The notes under the pieces are model-generated. The model did no database searches, was not told the origin of the DNA, and worked only from the letters and a program-made list of their open reading frames with translations. Both the position numbers and the translations under genes were made by a program. Below, one piece after another: positions 8,138 through 16,448 of a DNA stretch of 64,000 nt. The DNA is from Candidatus Pyrohabitans jungbluthii (lineage in GTDB: Archaea > Hydrothermarchaeota > Hydrothermarchaeia > Hydrothermarchaeales > BMS3B), in NCBI GenBank assembly GCA_002010065.2, contig MTMD02000015.1:97768-161767 (forward strand), written 5' to 3'. Position 1 is the first letter of the stretch. Every line of letters starts with the position of its first letter.

Positions 8138-9976
8138 ATGTATTTACCCCTTGCTGAAGTGGAGATAAGCGGCTGGTTGCTCTTGGCGATAGGCTTCTGT
8201 GTAGGCGTGCTCGCCGGCTTCTTTGGTATTGGGGGCGGATTTATTGTCACGCCTGCGCTCAACATCTTCGGCTTTCCAATGGCTTATGCCATAGGCACAG
8301 ACCTGTCGCAGATAATGGGCAACTCCATTGTGGCTACTTTTAAACACCGGAAGCTGGGCAACGTCGATCTGCGCCTGGGGTTCTTTATGATTATAGGCAC
8401 CGCCATAGGTGTGGAGGTGGGCAAAGAGGTGGTGCTCTACCTGGAGGAGATTGGCAAAGTGGGCAGCGTTGTGAGGTCTATCTATATTCTGCTCCTTGGT
8501 GGAACGGGCGCCTACATGCTCTTCGACTACTGGAAGTTTAAGAAGGAAGAGGAGGCGGGAGAGGAGAAGAAGGTGGTGACGGAGCGTGTGGGTAGCAAGC
8601 TCTCTGAGATGGTGCACCGAATAAATCTCCCGCCGAAGGTTGCCCTGCCACAGTCGAAAATAAAGTCCATCTCTCTGTGGGCAATTCTGCTGGTGGGCTT
8701 CATCACCGGTTTTCTCGCCGGCTTCCTCGGCGTTGGCGGCGGATTTATACGCATGCCTGCGATGATATACGCGCTGGGCGTGCCTACAACCATCGCGATA
8801 GGCACAGATTTGTTCGAGATAATATTCTCCTCTGCCATTGGTGCATTCCTCTATGCCACGGAGGGAAGAGTGGAGATAGTTGCCGCTGCGGTGATGGTGT
8901 GCGGCTCAGCGATAGGGGCGCAGATTGGTGCCTTGGCAACGAGCTATGTGCGCGGTATGAAGATACGCTTCTACTTCGCTTTAACAATACTATTTGCCGC
9001 AATCAGCGTGGTGATGAAGCAGCTCGCTGTCAGCCTTTCCATTCCTGTGCTTAGCACCTACGCAGGTTACCTCATCCTCTCAGTTGCAGGTTTAATGACC
9101 CTGAACATTACCCTGAGCACAGCCAAGGGTGTAATAGAGGAGAGGGCGGTGTATCCTGCTGTGAAGCGCAGGCTTCGCATACTCCTCGCCACAGGTGGCT
9201 CGCACCACGCTCTGCGCGCGATTCGCCTAGGCGCGCGACTTGCGAAGGGCTATGGTGCAGAGGTAACGCTGCTGGTGGTTAAGGACCCGAAAGAGGAGAT
9301 TCCCGTTGCTGAGGTGCAGCGCAGCGCAGGCAAAGTGCTAAAGGAGCTTGGGGTAAAGGCTGAGCTCACTGTGAGGCATGGCAACCCCGCCAAGGAGATA
9401 CTTAAGGCTTCCAAAGAGTACGACCTCCTCGTCATAGGTTCCCACGGAACGCGCAGTATAACAGAACACCTGCTGGGGGACAACGCCACACACATAGTGG
9501 AGAATATGAAGACCTCAACGCTTGTGGTTAAGCGGAAGGCGGAGGTCACCAAGATTCTCGCCTGTGTTAACCTGCCCCGCTACCGCGAGGCTGTTGTCAG
9601 ACGTGCAATAGAGCTTGCAAAGATTCTAAACGTACCTCTTGAGTTCCTGTATGTGCTACCTGAGCCGCTTATATACCCGATACGCCGCCTTCACCTGAGC
9701 AGCGAGGAGATTATGGAGCTTTACCCGGAGAAGCGCGAGGCTGCTGAGGAGATTATCAAGCTCGCTAAGAGCGAGGGTGTTAAAGCAAGCGTCAAATTCA
9801 GAGAGGGCATACCAGAGGAGGAAATACTGCTCGAGAAGCGGGAAATCGGCGCAGACCTCGTGATTCTGGGCGACTCTGGCTGGAGGGGCATACTCGGAGA
9901 GCTAATAGGCTCCCTTTCTGGGCACATAGTAAAGCATGCCCGCGTCTCTGTGCTTGTAGTGCATCGCAAGGCTTGA
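8138..9976 (+). CDS. TauE/SafE-family anion exporter fused to two C-terminal universal stress protein (USP) domains
   Basis: The N-terminal ~330 aa are polytopic with duplicated GIGGGFIVTPAL / GVGGGFIRMPAM motifs. The C-terminus carries two USP-like units (LLVIGSHGTRS...STLVVK and LVILGDSGWRG...VSVLVVH). Confidence 0.7.
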   Translation: MYLPLAEVEISGWLLLAIGFCVGVLAGFFGIGGGFIVTPALNIFGFPMAYAIGTDLSQIMGNSIVATFKHRKLGNVDLRLGFFMIIGTAIGVEVGKEVVLYLEEIGKVGSVVRSIYILLLGGTGAYMLFDYWKFKKEEEAGEEKKVVTERVGSKLSEMVHRINLPPKVALPQSKIKSISLWAILLVGFITGFLAGFLGVGGGFIRMPAMIYALGVPTTIAIGTDLFEIIFSSAIGAFLYATEGRVEIVAAAVMVCGSAIGAQIGALATSYVRGMKIRFYFALTILFAAISVVMKQLAVSLSIPVLSTYAGYLILSVAGLMTLNITLSTAKGVIEERAVYPAVKRRLRILLATGGSHHALRAIRLGARLAKGYGAEVTLLVVKDPKEEIPVAEVQRSAGKVLKELGVKAELTVRHGNPAKEILKASKEYDLLVIGSHGTRSITEHLLGDNATHIVENMKTSTLVVKRKAEVTKILACVNLPRYREAVVRRAIELAKILNVPLEFLYVLPEPLIYPIRRLHLSSEEIMELYPEKREAAEEIIKLAKSEGVKASVKFREGIPEEEILLEKREIGADLVILGDSGWRGILGELIGSLSGHIVKHARVSVLVVHRKA

Positions 9977-10023
9977 GCTTTTTACCTTGTGAATCTTGAG
10001 CAAAGTAGCGTTGCGGTGATGGA

Positions 10024-10236
10024 ATGTATAAGGATGAGGTTGTCCTACTTCACGACTTTCTTGTGAGGATTAAGGTGTTCCTCGAGAAGGGCGGTGCCTC
10101 GCTGTCCTGCTTTGAGGAGTATGAGAAGAACCCTGTGAGACCATACCATATCCACAGAAAAAAGAAGGAGCATGAAGCAGCACTTTTCCTACTTGCTAAA
10201 TGCCTCGAGAGGTTTTTCAGGGAGAATCCCAGGTGA
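10024..10236 (+). CDS. UPF0058-family small protein
   Basis: 70 aa. LLHDFLVRIKVFLE...PYHIHRKKKEHEAALFLLAKCL resembles archaeal UPF0058 proteins. Confidence 0.5.
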   Translation: MYKDEVVLLHDFLVRIKVFLEKGGASLSCFEEYEKNPVRPYHIHRKKKEHEAALFLLAKCLERFFRENPR

Positions 10237-10242
10237 AGTTTT

Positions 10243-10548
10243 ATGGGCGTGGAGGAAGCGGTTCGCAGCAAGAGCGGGGAGAGTTTTATAGACGTCATAG
10301 TATCTCCCAACGCCAAGAAGACCGAAATTGCAGGTTATGACGCCTGGAGAAAGAGGCTCTCTGTAAAGGTGGCTGCGAAAGCGAAAGCTGGCGAAGCTAA
10401 CCGCGCCCTTATCTCCTTCTTCGCCTCCCTTTTTGGAGTTTCCAAGGGTGATGTTAATATTGTGACGGGAGATAACTCTCGGGAGAAGACCCTGAGAGTA
10501 AGACTCCCGAGAGATGTGGTGCTAGAAGTTATAGATAGGGAGCTATGA
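10243..10548 (+). CDS. DUF167 (YggU/UPF0235) family protein
   Basis: VSPNAKKTEI...LSVKVAAKAKAGEANRALISFFASLFGVSKGDVNIVTGDNSREKTLRV. Confidence 0.7.
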   Translation: MGVEEAVRSKSGESFIDVIVSPNAKKTEIAGYDAWRKRLSVKVAAKAKAGEANRALISFFASLFGVSKGDVNIVTGDNSREKTLRVRLPRDVVLEVIDREL

Positions 10549-10937
10549 ACCTGGAAGAGTTTGAGAAGATACTGGAAGAGATAGAAGAGCTGCGCGAGGA
10601 GGCGCTCACTACGCCCATCCTAGTGGAGGGCAAGCGTGACATTCTCGCCCTTGAGAGGCTGGGAATAACCGGTGAGTTTTTCTGCGCATGCAACGGCAAG
10701 CCACTGTTTGAAACCTGCGAGGAGATAAGCCACGCATACAAGCGGGTTATTTTGCTCGTTGACCTAGACAGCGCGGGCATAGCTATAGGTAAAAAGGTCA
10801 AGCACTACCTTTCCCAGCTTGGCGTACATGTGGTGGAGAAGCACCGCCTAACGCTGCTGAGGAAGCTGGACACACATCAGGTAGAGCACCTCGCCACCCG
10901 CGTTGAACGGATTAAGAGGGAGCTCTTTCGCTGGTGA
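10545..10937 (+). CDS. Small Toprim-domain protein (UPF0292-like)
   Basis: LVEGKRDILALERLG followed by VILLVDLDSAG (Toprim E and DxD motifs). ATGA overlap with the upstream gene. Confidence 0.6.
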   Translation: MNLEEFEKILEEIEELREEALTTPILVEGKRDILALERLGITGEFFCACNGKPLFETCEEISHAYKRVILLVDLDSAGIAIGKKVKHYLSQLGVHVVEKHRLTLLRKLDTHQVEHLATRVERIKRELFRW

Positions 10938-11006
10938 GCGACGCTGCACAAAATTTTTATAGGGCTTTCTCTTTAAATCGCACATAAAGCTGAGAGGAGG
11001 AAAAGA

Positions 11007-11402
11007 ATGAGCACAAGAACAGGAGAGGTAAGGGAAATCAAGGTTGGCAAGTATGTGGTCATCGATGGCGAACCTTGCAAGGTAGTGAGCTATACCACTG
11101 CGAAGACAGGCAAGCACGGCCATGCGAAGGCAAACGTTGTTGGTATTGGCATATTTGACGGGGTTAAGCGCACCCTGGTTGCACCTGTGGATGCGAAGGT
11201 AGAGTTTCCAATAATAGACAAGCGCGTGGGACAGGTGCTTGCGATAATGGGCGATACGGTGCAGATAATGGACATGGAGACCTATGAGACCTTTGAAACC
11301 AAGATGCCTGCACCAGATGATATCGAAGGCGAGCTTAAGGAAGGCGTGGAGGTTGAATACATAGTAGCGATGGAGAGGCGTAAGTTAACGAGGGTGCGCT
11401 AA
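11007..11402 (+). CDS. eif5a: Translation initiation factor 5A
   Basis: Hypusination loop [14 protein letters not shown]. 131 aa, with GAGAGGAGG upstream of the start. Confidence 0.9.
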   Translation: MSTRTGEVREIKVGKYVVIDGEPCKVVSYTTAKTGKHGHAKANVVGIGIFDGVKRTLVAPVDAKVEFPIIDKRVGQVLAIMGDTVQIMDMETYETFETKMPAPDDIEGELKEGVEVEYIVAMERRKLTRVR

Positions 11403-11403
11403 G

Positions 11404-12282
11404 GTGACTGTTTATTCCCTTCCTTCTACCTTCGGGAGGAGGGAGCTTGGTGTTGAGGAGGCAAGCTACGTCGTAGCTGGCATACCCTTCGACTCCAGTG
11501 AGAGCTACCGTTCTGGCTCGCGGGAGGCTCCGCAGGCGATACGCGAAGCCTCGCGGGAGATCGAGGACTTCGACATGCTTGAGGATTTCGACCTGCTTGA
11601 GCTAGCTATAGCGGACATTGGCGATATAGAGGTCTCCTTCGGGAGCAACGAGGAGACAAGGAAGCGTGTTGTTGAAACTGTGAGGTTTATACGGGATAAT
11701 CATGCTGTGCCCGTACTTTTAGGCGGAGAGCACACTATCTCTGCCTTTGCGATTGAAGCCTTTCCTGAGGACACCCTGTTCTTGAGTTTCGACGCCCACC
11801 TGGATTTCCGGGAGGATTACATCAACAACCCCTTCTCCCATGCATGTGTGCTTCGCCGTGCTGCGGAGCACTTGGGCTACGAGAACATCCTAGCGGTAGG
11901 TGTGAGAAGCGCATGCAGGGAGGAGCTGGAGGACGCAAAGAGGCTTGGTGTGAGCTTTATACCCTTTGATGAGTGCTACAACCTCGAGGCGCTGGAGAGC
12001 AGGCTGAGAAAGACTGTTGAAGGAAGGAAGGTCTACCTATCCATAGATATGGATGTCTTCGACCCGAAGGATGCTCGCGGAGTTGGCAACCCCGAGCCTC
12101 CTGGCTTCTTTTTCTTTGACTTTCTGCAGATTCTGGATTTTATAAAAGCTTGCAAGCTCGTGGGCTTTGACGTAACCGAGGTAATTCCTCGCTACGATGC
12201 TTACACGCCAGTGCTTGCAGCCAAGTTGATTTTCAAGGTGCTTGCAAGGTATGAGAAGAGATTAAAAGGCGCTATCCATTGA
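11404..12282 (+). CDS. speB: Agmatinase (ureohydrolase family)
   Basis: Mn-binding motifs GGEHTIS, FDAHLDFR and SIDMDVFDP. GTG start 1 nt after the aIF5A stop. Confidence 0.8.
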   Translation: MTVYSLPSTFGRRELGVEEASYVVAGIPFDSSESYRSGSREAPQAIREASREIEDFDMLEDFDLLELAIADIGDIEVSFGSNEETRKRVVETVRFIRDNHAVPVLLGGEHTISAFAIEAFPEDTLFLSFDAHLDFREDYINNPFSHACVLRRAAEHLGYENILAVGVRSACREELEDAKRLGVSFIPFDECYNLEALESRLRKTVEGRKVYLSIDMDVFDPKDARGVGNPEPPGFFFFDFLQILDFIKACKLVGFDVTEVIPRYDAYTPVLAAKLIFKVLARYEKRLKGAIH

Positions 12283-12614
12283 ATTTTAATATAAACAAAC
12301 CAGATGCAGCCTGTAAAATTCCTGTAAATTTATTAATGAAGGCTCTTAAAAAATGAGCCAAATGAAAACCCTTAACGAAATACGCAACGCTGGAATTGAA
12401 GCTATTGCCGAAGCTATGGTCAAATAGGAATTGTAAGGGAAATTAAGAACATTAGGTCTGATTAATTTTAAAGTTTTATACTATTACGCTTGACTCTATA
12501 GATGTCCAATCTTGCTTACAAAACACCGGAGATGTAGCACCTAGTACTCTGGACAAAATTTTTATACTTAAAACTCGTAATGCTTGCTGTCAAAAGTGAA
12601 AGCAGGGAACACAG

Positions 12615-13583
12615 ATGCATAGTGGGGGCTACAGTAATCTCAGGGAGATTGTTAAAGGTGCTTCAGTGGGAATGACACTCGCACTTCTCGCATACGTGGT
12701 ATCCACCAACTACCCCTCCCTAGATGCCCTATTCTTGGCTCTCTTTTTTGGCATGGGGGCGAAGGCGATTCTCGGAGAAGGAGCAATAAGCGAGAAAGCC
12801 CTAGATACGAGCATAAGATTCTTTATTCCCTGCGGTATAATACTTTATTCGGCAAACATCCCATTTTACATTTTCGGAATGACAAGCTCTCTCAGAATTG
12901 TTGAAATATTTTGGGTTATGGCATTATATGTTATAGTTATTCTGACTCTGGGCTCAATTTTAAACATGGAAAAGAGGATAACAGCCCTCCTCGCCACAGG
13001 CTCTGCAATATGCGGTGCTTCTGCCATAGCAATTCTCTCCCCTTTAATCAAAGCAAGGCGCGAGGACACGTCGATTGCAATCATGATAATAACCGCCGTG
13101 GGTCTCACTGGTGCAATGGTTTATCCCATACTTAAAGACATCCTGCATCTGAGCGAACTGAGCTATGCCTTTCTGTGTGGAGCAACCCTCCACCAGACAG
13201 GTCTGGTAAAGATAGCAGGCTCCTACGCTGGGGGTGAGGTGATCAGCTCTGCCCTTGCCTTCAAAGGTGTGAGGATAAGCATGATTGCCCTCGCAGCGAT
13301 AGCCGTGCCATATTCCCTTGAAAGGAAGCCTGCCTTTCCCCTCTTCATCCTCCCCTTTTTAATCCTCTCCTTTCTATTTTCCTTCGTTGAAAACCTGAAG
13401 AGCGTGGCTACGCTCATATCTCCCTTTGCCACCTTTGCCTTTGCAAGCGCCATGGCGAGCATAGGCTTGAGCGTTGACATGCAGAGTCTCTACAGAGCCA
13501 GGCTTCGCTACCTAAATGTAGCCTACGCTGCGTGGCTCATCGTTTTAATCTCTGTGCTCCTAGGTGAGGGGGTGACGCTATGA
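12615..13583 (+). CDS. YeiH/UPF0324-family membrane protein (putative sulfate exporter family)
   Basis: Polytopic, with the family-typical ATGSAICGASAIAILSP motif. Confidence 0.6.
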   Translation: MHSGGYSNLREIVKGASVGMTLALLAYVVSTNYPSLDALFLALFFGMGAKAILGEGAISEKALDTSIRFFIPCGIILYSANIPFYIFGMTSSLRIVEIFWVMALYVIVILTLGSILNMEKRITALLATGSAICGASAIAILSPLIKARREDTSIAIMIITAVGLTGAMVYPILKDILHLSELSYAFLCGATLHQTGLVKIAGSYAGGEVISSALAFKGVRISMIALAAIAVPYSLERKPAFPLFILPFLILSFLFSFVENLKSVATLISPFATFAFASAMASIGLSVDMQSLYRARLRYLNVAYAAWLIVLISVLLGEGVTL

Positions 13584-14653
13584 AGCTGAGGCTCTTCCAC
13601 AAGACCTTTATACTCTTCCTCCTCCTCTCCATACTTCCTATTATCGTGGTGGGCACCAGAATAACACTGCTCAACTTCAAAACCCTCAGCCAGATATCTC
13701 AGGAGATGGAAATCCCCCCTGATGTTTTCCAGCCAATGCTTGACAGGACCCTCCAGGAGGGGATAACCTACTCCTTCTATGTGATAATCATCGTAATTAT
13801 CGTGGCGATATTCTTTACCGCCAGCATCGTGGGACCGATTGAAAGGCTCAGAGAAGCAACTCTCAGGTTGAGCCACGGTGACTACTCCTACATCCCAGAG
13901 GTGAATACCGGAGACGAGCTCGAAGAACTGGCGGAGGCTTTCAAAGAAATGGCAGAAAAGCTTCAGCAGACAATGAGGGAACTTGAGCTGGCAAACAATC
14001 AGAAGAGGACTTTTCTGGATATAATGTGCCATGACCTTTCCAACTACCTCTCTATAATTGGAGGTTTTACCTCCCTCCTTCAGGAGAGGGAAACTGATGA
14101 GAATAAAAGGGAAATACTGAATATAATCCACAAAAATGCCAGAAAGATAGAGGAGGTGCTTGAAAATGCAAGGCGGTTTGCAAGACTTGAGAAGGGAACC
14201 GCTCTGCAGATGGAAGAGCGCGACCTAAAGGAAATTCTACTCTCTGTACATGAGGTTTTCTCTCAGAACAATGAGGGGAGTAGAATAAAGCTGAAGCTTC
14301 CGGATGGCACGATCATAGTTGAGGTGGATGAGCTGATAAAAGATGTATTTCTTAATTTAATCTCAAATGCGCTCAAGTACTCGAGGGATGAGGTGGAGGT
14401 GGAAGCAGAAGATCTGGGAGAATATGTGAGAGTGACGGTAAGAGACCTTGGTCCTGGAATACCCGATGAGCATAAGGAGGCCGTTTTTGAGAGGTTCTGG
14501 AGGTTTGAAAGGAGCGGAGTTAAGGGCACAGGCTTGGGGCTGGCGATAGCAAAAAGCATCGTTAAACTCCACGGGGGGAGGATATGGGTTGAAGATAACC
14601 AACCCAGGGGTAGCGTCTTTATCGTGGAGCTTCCAAAGCGACAGGGGGAGTAA
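13580..14653 (+). CDS. Membrane sensor histidine kinase (HAMP + HisKA + HATPase)
   Basis: Two N-terminal TM helices, a HAMP-like linker, H-box MCHDLSNYLS, N-box LISNALKYS, and G-boxes RDLGPGIP and GTGLGLAIAK. 4-nt overlap with the YeiH-like gene. Confidence 0.8.
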   Translation: MKLRLFHKTFILFLLLSILPIIVVGTRITLLNFKTLSQISQEMEIPPDVFQPMLDRTLQEGITYSFYVIIIVIIVAIFFTASIVGPIERLREATLRLSHGDYSYIPEVNTGDELEELAEAFKEMAEKLQQTMRELELANNQKRTFLDIMCHDLSNYLSIIGGFTSLLQERETDENKREILNIIHKNARKIEEVLENARRFARLEKGTALQMEERDLKEILLSVHEVFSQNNEGSRIKLKLPDGTIIVEVDELIKDVFLNLISNALKYSRDEVEVEAEDLGEYVRVTVRDLGPGIPDEHKEAVFERFWRFERSGVKGTGLGLAIAKSIVKLHGGRIWVEDNQPRGSVFIVELPKRQGE

Positions 14654-14704
14654 TAGAAAAACTTTTCATTTGTTAAACATTTTTTTAATTGTGGCAGTGA
14701 TATA

Positions 14705-15508
14705 ATGAGAAGGTTAATTCTGCTGGTGGCGGTGCTGGTTTTCCTTTCCGGCTGCACCGCTCAGAAGGATAGCGAAAGTCTGCATGCTGCTCTCGGGGAG
14801 GGGCAGCAGGTGGATATGCCAGAGGTATCACCTGCTGTGGATGTGAAAATAAGTGAGCTTCTTGAGAGGGCGCAGGAGTTCAACAACCACTACGTCAATG
14901 TGAGAGGGAAGGTGCTGGAGAGTGCCAACACCTCTGTGTACACCTACATAAAGCTCAGCGACGGCACCGGAGAGGTGTGGGTGGCTTTGCCAAAACAGAG
15001 CGTTAATGTGGGAGAGGAGATTAGTGTACCAAACGCCTACGTTCAGGTTGACTTCTACAGTGCTACTTTTAACACCACTCTGGACGTGATTCTGCTCGCT
15101 GAGAGGCTGGGAAGCCCAGAGCCCATGCTAGCGGGTACAATTCACAGCACTCTCCCTGCCAGAGAGCCGCCTAAGGTTATAAACGTAACTAAGCTGGAGG
15201 ACGGCTACACCGTTGAAGAGCTCTATGAAAAGAGGCAGGAGCTTAACAACAAGGTCGTGAAGCTGCGAGGCGTTGTGGTGAAGGTACTCCCCAACATAAT
15301 GAGCAGGACCTGGATTCACGTGCAGGATGGCACAGGCAATGAGAGCGAGGGCACCCATGACATTGTTGTTACCTACACCGGAAGCGAGAAGATATTGCCT
15401 GGCGACGTGGTAATCGTTGAGGGCAGGCTTAGTGCGGACAAGGACATTGGCTCTGGGTACTTCTTTAAGGTGATTATCGAGGACGCGAAAATAGAAAAAG
15501 AGGATTAG
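14705..15508 (+). CDS. Lipoprotein with two tandem OB-fold-like (BOF/YgiW-like) repeats
   Basis: Lipobox LVFLSGC. Internal duplication: NNHYVNVRGKVLES..YIKLSDGTGEVWV versus NNKVVKLRGVVVKV..WIHVQDGTGNESEG. Confidence 0.5.
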   Translation: MRRLILLVAVLVFLSGCTAQKDSESLHAALGEGQQVDMPEVSPAVDVKISELLERAQEFNNHYVNVRGKVLESANTSVYTYIKLSDGTGEVWVALPKQSVNVGEEISVPNAYVQVDFYSATFNTTLDVILLAERLGSPEPMLAGTIHSTLPAREPPKVINVTKLEDGYTVEELYEKRQELNNKVVKLRGVVVKVLPNIMSRTWIHVQDGTGNESEGTHDIVVTYTGSEKILPGDVVIVEGRLSADKDIGSGYFFKVIIEDAKIEKED

Positions 15509-16198
15509 TCACCTCACAAGAAATATGCTGTGGCACCCTTTAAGGGAGCAGGTGTTTGCTGAGATTACATTTATTGCCTCTTGAGCTCGTGCTGTATCGT
15601 TGGCTGCCAGCGCTTCCTCCAGGTTAACAACGTACTCCTCCTTCATCCTCTCTTCGGTGAGTTCTGGCAGGAACTTCGCCACCATCTGCTTGCTTTCAAA
15701 GTAGTACCTCTTAAACTCAGGGAAGTGTCTTTTCGCTTTTTCGATGTCTCCCTCACGCAGGGCTTTCTTAATCTCGCTGTACTCGTACTCCAGGTTTGCC
15801 ATGGCTCCGCCGCTGCGTTGGTGGCATACACTAACGCCGCAGCTACCAGCGATGTTAGAAATCACCTGCTCAGCCTTCGTGAAGTCTCGAGCATGGAGGT
15901 GCTCTCCCAGCATTGTGAGGTCTTCCTCAGCCACCATGAACCTGAGATGCTGCTCCCCAGCTTTTTCCTTTGCCTTCTCATAAACTTGAAGCAAAGCTTT
16001 GTAATGCTCCTCCGCCGACTTGGCGTCGCCTGCTGCGATAGCCTGCTTTAGCGCAGAGTATTCCTCCTCGAAGCTGCTCTGTATCTCCTTCGCCTCTATA
16101 ATCCTCTCCTTCTCAGGCTTAACCTCTTCAGCCGGCTGAGCGCAGCCAGAAAGGAACATTCCGACAAGGAGTAGGGGGATAAGCTTCCTGAGATTCAT
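15509..16198 (-). CDS. Lipoprotein with two tandem helical modules, each ending in C-x4-CH (putative dihaem cytochrome c-prime-like protein)
   Basis: Lipobox MFLSGC. Repeats are about residues 45-134 and 140-233 of the listed ORF, ending SCGVSVCHQ and TCSLKGCHSIF. The start is taken at the internal MNLRKL (ORF opens at 16219). Confidence 0.5.
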   Translation of the reverse strand: MNLRKLIPLLLVGMFLSGCAQPAEEVKPEKERIIEAKEIQSSFEEEYSALKQAIAAGDAKSAEEHYKALLQVYEKAKEKAGEQHLRFMVAEEDLTMLGEHLHARDFTKAEQVISNIAGSCGVSVCHQRSGGAMANLEYEYSEIKKALREGDIEKAKRHFPEFKRYYFESKQMVAKFLPELTEERMKEEYVVNLEEALAANDTARAQEAINVISANTCSLKGCHSIFLVR

Positions 16199-16448
16199 AG
16201 CATACCTCCTAATCATCATCCTACCATATCCCTATCCTAACAATTTTAAACATGGTACAGGCGAGCCCTACCCTTGCGATTTGTAAACCACCAAAATTAT
16301 CCCCCTGTAAAAGGAAGTGAAAGGTTATTCGCATTATTATCTCATTATGGGCACATTTAGCACATATTTCATAACCGCGTTGCAAAGGTTTACAGAGATA
16401 TATTAAATATCTAGTGGGTGTAAGTATTACTAAAAAGGAGGTGAGGGA

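Noticed and set aside
13523-14131. 202-aa minus-strand ORF opposite the YeiH/histidine kinase junction
   Set aside because: It overlaps two well-supported plus-strand genes and has no motifs.
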